Source: Malacoraja senta
Taxonomy: Eukaryota
Direction: 5' to 3'
Length of the DNA: 64,000 nt
Assembly: GCA_038087875.1 (NCBI GenBank)
Contig: CM075997.1
Location: 2,978,001 to 3,042,000, forward strand
Shown here piece by piece: positions 13,301-24,288 of the stretch. How positions within the stretch are numbered: the first letter of the stretch is position 1; every line of letters starts with the position of its first letter. The notes below the pieces were generated by a model. It searched no databases. It was not told the origin of the DNA and was given only the letters and a program-made list of their open reading frames with translations. A program made the translations under genes and the position numbers.

Positions 13301-16300
13301 TTTGATACTGCCTGACCTGCTGAGTTACTTTAACATTTTACCTATCTTTGGTAAACCAGCATCTGCCGCTCCTTATTATTAATATTTTCTTAGCAAGCGG
13401 TGATCTGGAGATGGTGTGTTAGTAGGCACCTGAGAGATAAAGGGGTATGAAACGGGGTTTCTAAGCTGGCAATTCCAGTATCTGGTGTAGGTCAACAGAT
13501 ACTTGGTAGAGATTACGGTGAGCTTCCGTTTAAGGTATGCAAATAAGAGGCTATTCAAGCGACTGTTTGTTGGTGTATTTGAAGCTGTGGGAAGGTTTTG
13601 GTGGGAGGAGTGCATCCAGATATTGCAGATATGAAAGTGGTCTTGATTAAAGGGTTCATGACTCCAAATGCCAGTGATCTGGAGTTGACTGCTTGTATCA
13701 AAACCTGCTAAAGGAACATGACTAGGTTCATAGGTAGACAAAAATGCTGGAGAAACTCAGCGGGTGAAGCAGCATCTATGGAGCGAAGGAATAGGTGACG
13801 TTTCGGGTCGAGGTGAAGGTGAAGCTCGACCCGAAATGATGTGGAGGTGAAGCTCGACCCGAAAGGTCACCCATTCCTTCGTTCCATAGATGCTGCCTCA
13901 CCCGCTAAGTTTCCCCAGCATTTGCAGTTCTTCTTAAACATGACCAAGTTCATGGTTGCCAAGGGATCAGAGCAAATTTTGTCCCTGGATCTACATTGCT
14001 TGTTCAATGAAATTCCAATGATCTGACTCCTACCCATCTGTCGTAGACCTAAAGCTTGAGGGATATTGGGCCAGCTGCAATTGTTAAATATGAAATGAAT
14101 ATTTGAACCACGCCAGTGGCTGTTTTCTGGGGTTGTGGGGTTTTGACTTGTCTAAAGAATGTTGAAGGAATTGATTGAAAAGGTCCATAGTTGTGAACTG
14201 TCTAAGCTGTTTTGCCTGACTATTGAGTTAATGACAAGTCTTCACCAAAAAGGACTGTTTAGAATGCCTCGTTTAGAGGTTAGGATTGTTAGGACATAAT
14301 TGTCCTGTCAGAATTTCTGGGACATCCATACAGCACGAACAGGCCTTCAGCGTAACTCGTCCATGCCGACCATCTAAACTCGTCCCATTTGCAAACATTT
14401 GAACCATATCTGTCTAAACATAGACATCCCTTTCAACCCGTATAACCTATAGTTCATCACAGTAGGTGCCATTGGGATTAAGGAATTTCCCTTCTCTAAA
14501 GTAACCTGATCTTGTGATGATGCAGGCAGTACTCTGTGCAATCAAAGCACATGGAGCTGACCATTCTGCATTTAAGCCAATTCTGTTGTTCAATCAAATT
14601 ACTGAACTTCCTTTACCTCCTGTTATTTTATATCCAATAAAACCCTTGGCAAACACATTTGAAATGTTATTCCTGTGTGGCTTGGCTTGAAGGTAATGTG
14701 CACCTAAATATTGACCTCTGCAAAGGTTGTTGGCTTCGGTCCCATTCTGGAGACTTGAGCGTTAAAAACAAAATCTTTCAACTGGTAAGAGGGTCTTTCC
14801 ACAAAGATGTTGAATAAAGGCCTCGTCCTCGTGTGCAAGTTGGGAATCCCCCAGGTATTATTTTGAGGATGAGCAGGAACATTGTACACGTTACCTATCA
14901 CTTGACCATCTTGTAAAATTACCACAGTTACTGCAAGTTAGCCACTGGGCTTGGTTGCTGGCTTCCTTGTATTAAAATGCCAAATGTATTTCAACAGGTA
15001 CTTCATTAATTCAATTGGGGCATTCTTAAAATGGACTTCACAGCCACTATTTGCGTGCAAGCCTTTTGTAAAGGTTATCGTACTTGTATACATCAGGTCT
15101 ACGGATGTCTTGTAATTTCACTCTAGAACCAGGTATTGCTTGGACAATCCTGTGGTGCATCCACTCCAAGAACGATCTTCATCTTTCCATTCCTGCCTCT
15201 GATTTGGCGCTGGAGCTGCTGAGGACACTGCCCTTGTTCTTCTGGGAGCAGGAAGAAACATCTGATGCCTATTTTATCATTTTGTGAGATAATTGACCTG
15301 TGAGCTAATTCCCTTAAATCCACCAACCTACCGCCTTTCTCAGTCCCTTGGATATTGCAGATTGGAACTGCAATGAACAATTTGCCTGGAATTAGCTTGC
15401 ATCTGCAGGGGAGTCTCCAATATCTCCTCCATGGGGAAATTGCTTCCTAACTCTGCTCCTGATGGGTTTGGCCCATTTGGAGTATATTATGGTCTGCTCA
15501 GTGGGTATAGTTTCTCTTATTCTGCCTAACTTTACAATGTCTATGCCCATGAGACTCTTTCATATTTGGTCGGTTAGAGGCCACTTTTCCAATGTGTCTG
15601 TGAAGGAATTTGGCAAACTTCATGATGGTTTTGTAAGTGCCATACCTGTAACTTCTGCCTAGCCTCCAGCAGTACCAGGTACTTTGGTATCCCTTGCATT
15701 TCCTCTCTCCCGTCTCTTCCCACCCTAGTCATCCTGCCAGTTCCACTGGACCATTGTGGGCTCCACCTTTCCTTGGCCATCGGTGCCAGCACTGATTTGT
15801 TCTGAACAGTTTCACACCCCTCGTTCCAACTCCGCTGACTCTCTGTTTGAAGAAGGGTCTTGATCTGAAACATCACCTAATCCTTTTCTCCAGCGATGCT
15901 GTCTGACCCCACTGAGTTACTCCAGCATTTTGTGTCTATCCAGGTACTTTGACTTTCTTTAAAGCAAACTTTAAGCTTTGCCCCCTAATTTTTGCAAAAC
16001 ATTGTTAATTGAACTTGGGAGTCAGAAAATGTCAGTTCTTTCCTCTCAAAGAAGACCATTGTGATCCTATTAGATTTGGCCCTGTAAGATTTTGCTTATA
16101 ATAATATACTTGTGCACTAAATTCATCAGTCATAATGATAACTGCCCACATAAATGTCACACTATAATCACACCCAGTAAATCCTCTCTCAGCATGGGAT
16201 GGGATGCAGTTTACATAAAGTTTATCATGGAAGATGCAGTTGCTTGAAAAATCCGTACATTGGATGGCTTTTAACATGGACTTGCTTCAACTTGTCATGG

Positions 16301-17241
16301 CCGGAGTGACTAAAATCCAGCAACCTCTTGCCTCAGTTGGTAATGGTATTCCTTCCAGCACGATGGCACAGTGGTTGAGTTGCTGCCTTACAGAGCCGGA
16401 GACCCGGATTAGATTCTGACCACGGGTTCAATGACGTACAGGTTTGTAGGTTAAATTGTTCCCAGTGTGTGTAGGATAGTGTTAGTGTGTGTTCGGCGCG
16501 GACCCCGATATGCCAAAGTGCCTGTTTCGGTGCTAAACTAAATGGATTGTAGAGGTATTCTGCATTAGCCTGGTATCCCATTTGCCGGGAGTGGTGTACT
16601 GTGTTCTTGAGGGCGTAGTGTACTGTGGAGGTGGACATGTCACGAGGCATTATTTTTACACTTTTTTTGTGATTCAGATGGATTTTCATAGTGCATGGTT
16701 CTAGTCAACACTCTTAATCAAAAATAGACAAATATTCATTCAGTTAATTGTTCGGAGGAGCTGCTGTGCATGTAACGACTGCCTTGTCACTTGTATACAT
16801 TGTTTCTACTTCAGTATGTGAGCTGTATGCATGCAAGCCTGTAGTTTAAGTTGCCCAAGGATGCTTGTATTGTTTTATTGTCACGTGTACCCAAGATACA
16901 GTGGAAAAACTCTGCTATCCAGTCAAATCATATCGTACATGAGTATAATCAAGCCGCACAGTTCGGCAGCTCAGCTGCTACCCCTTAGCACCAGAAACCC
17001 ATGTTTGATCTTGACTACGGGCAGAGTTTGTATGTTGTCCCTGTGACTGTGTGGGTTTTCTCCGGGTACTCTTATTTCCTCCCACATTTCAAAGACGTGC
17101 AGATTTGTAGGTTAATTGTATTCTGTAAATTGCCACTAGGATGCGAAAATGGGATAACATGGAACTAATGTGAACGGGTGATCAATGGTCGGCTTAGAAC
17201 TTGGTAGCCATAGGATCAGTCACTATGCTGTACCTCTAAAC

Positions 17242-17431
17242 CAGTGGATCTTAAGCTGGGAGTCGTGGGCCCCTATGGCGGTCGTTTGGGGCTTTGCCGG
17301 GGGTCATGAAGGGGACATAAATAACATCAATTTGTTGAGCCCATGTTTAGGAACCTAACAAAGGTACATACCACATACAGTGTTTTGTTCGCGTATGCGC
17401 GTACTGGTGCCAAAAAGGTTAAGAACCACTG
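17242..17431. mobile_element. Older hAT (Charlie-like) MITE
   Basis: CAGTGGATCTTAA...TTAAGAACCACTG termini; TSD only partly preserved. Confidence 0.65.
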
Positions 17432-17444
17432 CAAACTAAACTAA

Positions 17445-17763
17445 AAGCCCTGTCCCTCTGTACGAGTTCATTCAAGAGCTCTCCCGAGTTTAAAAAAAAA
17501 ATCAAACTCATGGAAGCACGTGGAATGTACGTAGCGGGTACGTCGGAGCTCGGGGAACGTCTCTTAGCGGCTCGTAACGCTAACGGCAGGTACTTGGGAA
17601 ACGCGGTAAGCTTGGGAAGACTCGTGAAGATTTTTCCACATGTTGAAAAATGTCCACGAGAGCCCCGAGTACCTACGAGCGGCCATTACTATAAATCTCC
17701 GAGTTCGAATCAGGGCAAACTCGGGAGAACTCTTGAATGAATTTGTACAGTGGGACAGGGCCT
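17445..17763. mobile_element. Harbinger-type MITE, GTACGAG subfamily
   Basis: Related TIRs; TAA TSD. Confidence 0.82.
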
Positions 17764-20467
17764 TAACAATGCAACTGTTATTGAAAATATAATAACGAGT
17801 GTAGAATATAGTTTTACAGCTACAGAAAGTGCAGATGAAAAGTGCAAGGGCTGCAATGAGATGGTGGGGGGGAGGTCAGGTCTGCACACTCAGCTTGAGA
17901 GGTCTGTTCAGCGGTCTGATAGCAGGGAAAAGTCTGTTGGATCTGGTGGTACGTGCTTTCAAGCCTTTGAATATTTTGCTTGATGGGAAAGGTGAACAAC
18001 TGGGATGTGAGTGGTCCTTGATCATGTTTAATAATAATAATAATAGATTTTATTTATATAGAGCTTTTCAGGACTCAAAGTCGCTTAGATTTGGGATACA
18101 GCGTGGAGACCGGCCCTTTGGCCCACCGAGTTCTCGCTAACCAACGATCTCAATTTACAATTTTACCAAAGCCAATTAACCTACAAACCCGCTGTCTTTG
18201 GGATGTGGGAGGAAATGGGGGCACCTGGAGAAAACCCACTCGGTCACATGGAGAATGTACAAACTCCGCACAGACAGCGCCCGAGGTCAGGATTGAACCC
18301 GGCTCTCTGGTGCTGCAAGGCTGCAACTCTACTGCTGTGTCACTGTGCCACCACTGTTGGTTGCATTCCTGAGGCAGCGTGAAGTGTGGATGGCATTGCT
18401 TGGGTCTAGAGACTAGTTTGTATGTTGGACTGGCCTGCATTCTGTGTTTTGAGTTTTTTTTGTTTAATTTAATTTTTTTTGTTTGACTGCAAGGGAAAAA
18501 GAATTTCGTTGTCTCTTCATTGAAGATAATGACAATAAATCAAATCAAATCAAAATTTACACTCTGCAATTTCTTGCGGTTTAGGGTATTGACAAACCAA
18601 GTTGCGAAGCTTCTGGATAGGATGCACTCTACTGCTGTCTGTAGAAATTGGGAAGAGACATTGGAGATGTCCAAATTGCCTTTGGTCTTCTGAAGAAGTA
18701 GAGACAATGGTGTGCTTTTTTGATGCTCATAACTCTTGGGATCAAGTCGCAGTTAATGCTGTCATAGAAAATAGGTGCAGGAGTAGGCCATTCGGCCCTT
18801 CGAGCCTGCACCGCCATTCAATATGATCATGGCTGATCACCCAACTCAGTATCCCGTACCTGCCTTCTCTAACATACCCCCTGATCCCCTTTCGCCACAA
18901 GGGCCACATCTAACTCCCTCTTAAATGTAGCCAATGAACTGGCCTCAACTACCTTCTGTCGGGGAACAAAGGAGAGCTGTTGGAGGAACTCAGCCGGTCT
19001 GGCAGCATCTGGAGAGGGAAGTGGATCGTTGACATTTTGGGTTGAAACCCTTCATCTTGACTGAGAGTTGGGGGGGGGGGGGGGGAAGTAGCCCAAGTAG
19101 GGTGGGGAATGAGCTAGCTAGCAAGCGATGGCAGATATACCTGAGGGGTTGATCGGCAGATCAACCAGGTACGAAAGGTAGGTGGAGATAAAGAAAGAAC
19201 AAAAGGCTGCAGATTCTGTTACCCGATGGGAAGGTGAAGAGTGAGGGTTGGGAACAGAGGAGCATCCAGTGGGAGGTACGTGTCGGAGGTGGGAAATATC
19301 TCACTGGAAGGCTGGTGGGTAAGTTGGGAAAACCAAACTAACCGAATGGTGAAAGGCCTGGATAGAGTGGATGTGGAGAGGATGTTTCACTAGTGGGCGT
19401 CTAGGACCACTAGCCTCAGAGTTAAAGGATGTTCCTTTAGGAAGGATATGAGGAGGGATTTCTTTAGTTAGAGGGTGGTGAACCTGTGGAATTCATTGTC
19501 ACAGAAGGCTGTAGAGGCCAAGTCAATGGATATTTTTAAGGCAGAGAGATAGATAGATTCTTGATTAGTACGGGTGTCGGGGATTATGGGGAGAAGGCAG
19601 GAGAATGGGGTTAAGAGGGAAAGATAGCTCCGCCATGATTGCATTCAATCTTTCTACTTAATGACGTTGGTTAATCATTGGATCCATTTTACAATTTGCA
19701 AACGTGAGTTCTGCAATGGAGGAAAGGAGCCAGTTGAAGCTGTTACAGTTTTGTTATTTTGGGGGTAAAGGATGGGTGAATGGTTTAGGGCACTGAATTA
19801 GTGTACTATCCACAACTCTTGCTGAACTTACTGCTATTTAAAACAAATACTTCTGCATTATACAGCATTTGCTGTAACGCATTATTACACTTCTCTTTTC
19901 AGCATAAAGTGTAATGTAACCATTCAGCATTACAGCAAATTGTTTAATGGGGAAGTGTTTGTAAATAGGACCCATAAAATGAAGTATGGCCCCTGTCAGA
20001 GATCCAGGGCTGCAGATACTTTAAATGCTGGCAATGCCAATAAAACTGGATTCTGGCTGTACAATTCAAGGAATGGAATATTAAGGGATGGAAGCGCTGC
20101 CAGATTAGTGTAAAGACACAACATTGTCGACACACCTGAAGATTTTGACACGGATCTGTGTCCAGGAAGATAAGGGTTGTTGTAGGAATAGTCCTGGAAT
20201 TGGGACAATCGACCTACCAGTGTGATGCTTCAATGGTGTGGTGTGTGGGGCTGTAGAATATTCAAGGACTACCAAATGGCGTTTATGTTAGAAATATGTC
20301 AGCACAGCTGCTGCCTCAAAAGCGCCAGAGACCCGGGTCGATCCTGACCTCTGGTGCTGTCTGTGTGGAGTTTGCACGTTCTCCCTGTGACCGCGTGGGA
20401 ATCCTCTGGCTGCACCGGTTTTCTTACACATCGCAAAGATGTGTGGATGTGTAGGGTTGATTGGCCT

Positions 20468-20606
20468 ATGTTCGTTCGCCCGTGTGTCAGACGATGTAGC
20501 TCGTCGTTGTCCAACATGTTGACAGAATTGTCGCCCGACGCGACACAGCGTACATCGCGCAGTCGCTTCATGGGAGCGCCACGAGGAGGCTTCTGTCATG
20601 ATCCCC
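20468..20606 (-). mobile_element. Ribozyme-headed short retroposon, family B copy 1 (degenerate HDV-like fold at 20520-20606)
   Basis: TSD ATTGGCCT (20460-20467 / 20607-20614). GGGGAUC-A-UGACAGAA-GCC-UCCUCGU-GGC-GCUCCCA-UG-[P4 hairpin]-CAA-UUCUGUCA; (CGAA)2 tail. Confidence 0.75.
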
Positions 20607-20703
20607 ATTGGCCTCTGTAAATTGCCGCAATTTATCGGTGGATGGAAGTTCTTGCGTATGGCGTGCACGGCCTAAAGTTGCAAGACAACTTGTTCTATTT
20701 GAT

Positions 20704-20891
20704 GGTAGACAAAATTGCTGGAGAAACTCAGTGGGTGCGGCAGCATCTATGGAGCGAAGGAAATAGGCAACGTTTCGTCCCGAAACGTTGCCTATTTCCT
20801 TCGCTCCATAGATGCTGCCGCGCCCGCTAAGTTTCTCCAGCAATTTTGTCTACCTTCGATTTTCCAGCATCTGCAGTTCCTTCTTGAACAT
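20704..20891. mobile_element. Penelope-terminus hairpin element with 14-bp TSD
   Basis: Same structure as 57004-57190; TTGTTCTATTTGAT at 20690-20703 and 20892-20905. Confidence 0.85.
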
Positions 20892-20930
20892 TTGTTCTAT
20901 TTGATCTTATTTGATTGTGCACGCCAGGTT

Positions 20931-20984
20931 GATTGCATTCGTCGAAACAGGGTGGACCACGTGAAGGTTGCAATCTCCCACCCC
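20931..20984 (-). ncRNA. HDV/CPEB3-like ribozyme, family A copy 2 (54 nt)
   Basis: GGGGUGG-GA-GAUUGCA-ACC-UUCACGU-GGU-CCACCCU-G-UUUCGA-CGAA-UGCAAUC. The two differences from copy 1 are in J1/2 and a U.G to U-A change in P1. Confidence 0.85.
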
Positions 20985-22624
20985 CAGTGGGTGGATGAGA
21001 AAGTGGGATAACATAGAGCAAGTGTGAGCGGGTGATCGATAGTCGGCATGGACTTGGTTGGCCGAAAAACCTGTTTCCATGGTGTATCTCTAAACTGAAA
21101 TAGTGTCATGGGAACCGGAGGCGGCCATTCAATTGCTTGACCTTATGCTAGTGTTACACGAGTGTATACTAAACCCTCCCATTATGTTTAGCTCTCGTTT
21201 TATACCCAAGTAACAAACATCATATTTTAATGAAGGTTTAACAGGGAAATTTACGTAAACACCTGTACTTTGGGCTGGAAAAAATGACATAATTGGAGGA
21301 TTAATATTTGGAAAGGTTTAGAATGTAGTTCTTCTGTTGCTGAGGTTTGATAAGGATGGAGTTTGTGTGAAGGGGTGCAGGGGTATATATAGACATTACA
21401 TGAAGTATTTTTCTGGCGGCCTGTTGGTTACCAGATACTTGTGACGTGCGTGTTGTAAGTGTAGATGGTATCTACTGTTTGTGCAGCATTTCCTCTGTGC
21501 ACTTTATATTACTGGAAAGCAACTGCTAAACATTCGACAGATTTAGTTCACAGCGCCAATGGATCCATAAAGAAGGGTTTCGGCCCGAAACGTTGCCTAT
21601 TTCCTTCGCTCCATAGATGCTGCTGCACCCGCTGGGTTTCTCCAGCATTTTTGTGTACCGTCGATCCATAAACCTATCCGCACTCTGCCTTTGTGGACAA
21701 TCTTGCTGGGCTTGATTTAAATCCCGGATGAGAGAAATAGAATGGTTATTTGTAAGCAACTATTGGAGAATATGACACTCCACTTGGAGCGGGAAATGTT
21801 CTCGGGTTTTTCTCATCCCTGTCCCAAAAATACTTTGGCGGTTTGGAAGGGTGGCCAATTGGTGAGGTTCATGCGGTTACTGTGATGGGTTTGGGACATC
21901 AATGAATCTGCACTCTGTTCTATGCACAACTCTTATCTGAAATTAAAATGTTGTGCAAAATGTCTCTATGGTTATCAAATTGGCACACAGACTTGATAGA
22001 GTAGCAAAAAGGAGAGCTGCTGGAAGAACTCAATGAGGCAGGCAGCATCCGTGGAGAGAAATGGACAGTCGACGCCACGGATCGAGGCCCTTCACCTAGG
22101 TCGAGGGATGATGATGGTGGATTTCCTTCTAAGGGCCAGCAACATATATGGCAATCCAGTGTTTCACAGTTGCTGTCCCCGAGACTAATATTTCTTAGAA
22201 TATAGAACAGTACAGAAGATAGACACAAAATGCTGGAGTTACTCAGTGAGACAGACTGTGTCTTCAATGCAGAAGTCCCAGTTTGAAATGTCCAATGCAC
22301 TTTGCAATGAGATTTGAACAGGACGTGGATAGGGAAGGTATAGAGGGATATGGGCCAAACACAGGCATGTGGGGCCAGTGTAGATGGGACGCGTTAGTCG
22401 GTGCGAGCAAGTTGGCCCGAAGAGCTTGTTTCCACGCTGAATGACTCTGACTGAGGTCATGAAAGGTGCTGTAGGAATGCAAATCTTTAGTTTTTAGCAG
22501 ACCGCAGTGAATCACAGAGGTTTTTTAACAACTCATTTTCAGCAAAATGTCAGGGTGTTGTTAGTTTTGAAGTGAATCAGTTGCATAAGTCACTCTGGTT
22601 TCATTTAAAGATAACATACATTTA

Positions 22625-23012
22625 TACCTGACCTCCCGGTGGCTCAGCACTCCAACTCCCCCTCCCATTCCGTATCTGACCTCTCTGTCCTGGGTCTCCT
22701 CCATGGCCACAGCGAGCAACACTGGAAATTGGAGGAAATGCACCTCATATTCCGCTTGGGCAGTCTACATCCTGGGGGCATGAACATTGAATTCTCCCAA
22801 CTCTGCTAGCCCTTGCTGTCCCCTCCCCTTCATCAGCCCTCTGGTTGTCTCCTCCCATCCCCCAGCCCTCGGGCTCCTCCTCTGCCTTTTTTCCTTTCTT
22901 CTCCCCACCCCCTATCAGTCTGAAGAAGGGTTTCGGCCCGAAACGTTGCCTATTTCCTTCGCTCCATAGATGTTGCTGCACCTGCTGAGTTTCTCCAGCA
23001 TTTTTGTGCACC
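22625..23012 (+). mobile_element. Shorter Penelope-like 3' fragment
   Basis: Colinear with 52055-52434 (end of GIY-YIG domain plus terminal repeat). Confidence 0.8.
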
Positions 23013-23495
23013 ATACATTTATACATTGTTTGAAATAACTCGTAGTGCACTGTGAAACATGCCAAACGTCAGTGAGCACCTTAATATTTTGACGTTATGT
23101 TACCACGATCCATGCCCTGACTCAGAGGGAATGTATTAGGTGCTGAGCCCAACTGTTTATTAGGATGTGTAAGAAGGAGCTGCAGATGCTGGTTTAAACC
23201 GAAGATAGACACAAAATGCTGGAGTAACTCAGCGGGTCAGGCAGCATCTCTGGAGGGAAGGAATGGGTGACGTTTTGGGTCGAGATCGGATGATGAGCGT
23301 TTGTCGGCACTGGCCTGTACTCGCTGGAGTTCTGAAGAATGATGGGGAACACAGTGAAACATGCAGAATAGTGAAAGGCTTGGATAGAGTGGATGTGGTG
23401 AGGATGTTTCCACTAGTGGGAGAGTCGAGGACTAGAGGTCGTAGCCTCAGAATTAAAGGACGTTCTTTCAGGAAGTAGATGGGGAGAAATTTCTA

Positions 23496-24288
23496 CAAGA
23501 GATACAAGATACATTTATTTGTCACATGTACCAATTGGTACAGTGTAATGTGTGGTCGCCATACAGCCATATGAATAATAAAGAGCACAGAACACGATAG
23601 TTTTTAACACAGATATCCCCACACAGCGTGATCAAAGTTTCCCACTGTGAGGGAAGGCTCCAAAAATTCAGTCATCCTCCTCTGTGCCCGCCCGTGGTCA
23701 GGGGGCTCCTGAACCCCCCCGCTGTCGCTGCTACGGGCGGCCCGATGTTCAGGCCTGCTCGCCGGGGTGATGGAAGTCCGACGTCGGGACTGGAGGACAT
23801 CCTCAGCGTCTTGGACATCTGAATCGGCCACCTCCTACCGGAGTCCGCGGCTCCCGAAGTCCACAGGGCGCGCTGGGACGAGATTCAACGCTGGTGGCCT
23901 GGAAGCTCTACGAACCACAGCTCCGGTGTTAAAGCGGCCGGCCCAACACTCCGGAGCTTCAACGGCGATCTAGGTAAGCAATCGCCCGCTCCGCGATGTA
24001 TCCAGTGCTGCGCCGCCGCTGCTGAAGCTCTGGTCCGGTCCCCGGCAGGAAAGGCCACTCCGATCCAGGTGGTAGGCCGCGAGGAGGGGGGAGAGGACGT
24101 GACTCGGAGAATAGTCGCGTCCTCGCCAGGAAGTGACTGGGAAACGGTTTCCCTCTTACCCTACCCCCCTCCCCCACATAGAAAAGCTAAAGAATTCTCC
24201 AAAACAATCTTTTTAAACTGATTTAAAAAGACAGAAAAACAGACAGACTGTAGGCAGAGGCTGCCATCAATGCGGCGCCCCAAGTGGC
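23496..24288 (-). mobile_element. Non-autonomous GC/CpG-rich element with Rex1-type 3' tail, inserted into a CR1
   Basis: Splits the CR1 at GAGAAATTTCT|TTAGTCAGAGGG; ends in stem-loop, TGACAAATAAA and a (TGTATCT)n tail; no credible ORF. Confidence 0.65.

Larger units (their letters stand above)
20649..20984 (-). mobile_element. Family A retroposon copy 2, interrupted by a Penelope-terminus hairpin element
   Basis: Colinear with 28392-28527 once 20704-20891 and one copy of the 14-bp duplication are removed. Confidence 0.8.
20300..21098 (+). mobile_element. V-SINE host carrying three nested insertions
   Basis: SINE sequence resumes after each insert (..GATTGGCCT|CTGTAAATTG.. and ..GTGGATGAGAAAGTGGGATAAC..). 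Confidence 0.8.

Noticed and set aside
24033..24175. Third possible HDV-like fold on minus (CC-UCCUCGC-GG with GUCC..UCCCC / GGGGA..GGAC pairing)
   Set aside because: No CNRA/CRA J4/2 segment before the putative P2', P3 only 2 bp, P1 imperfect, and it is internal to the element rather than at its 5' end.
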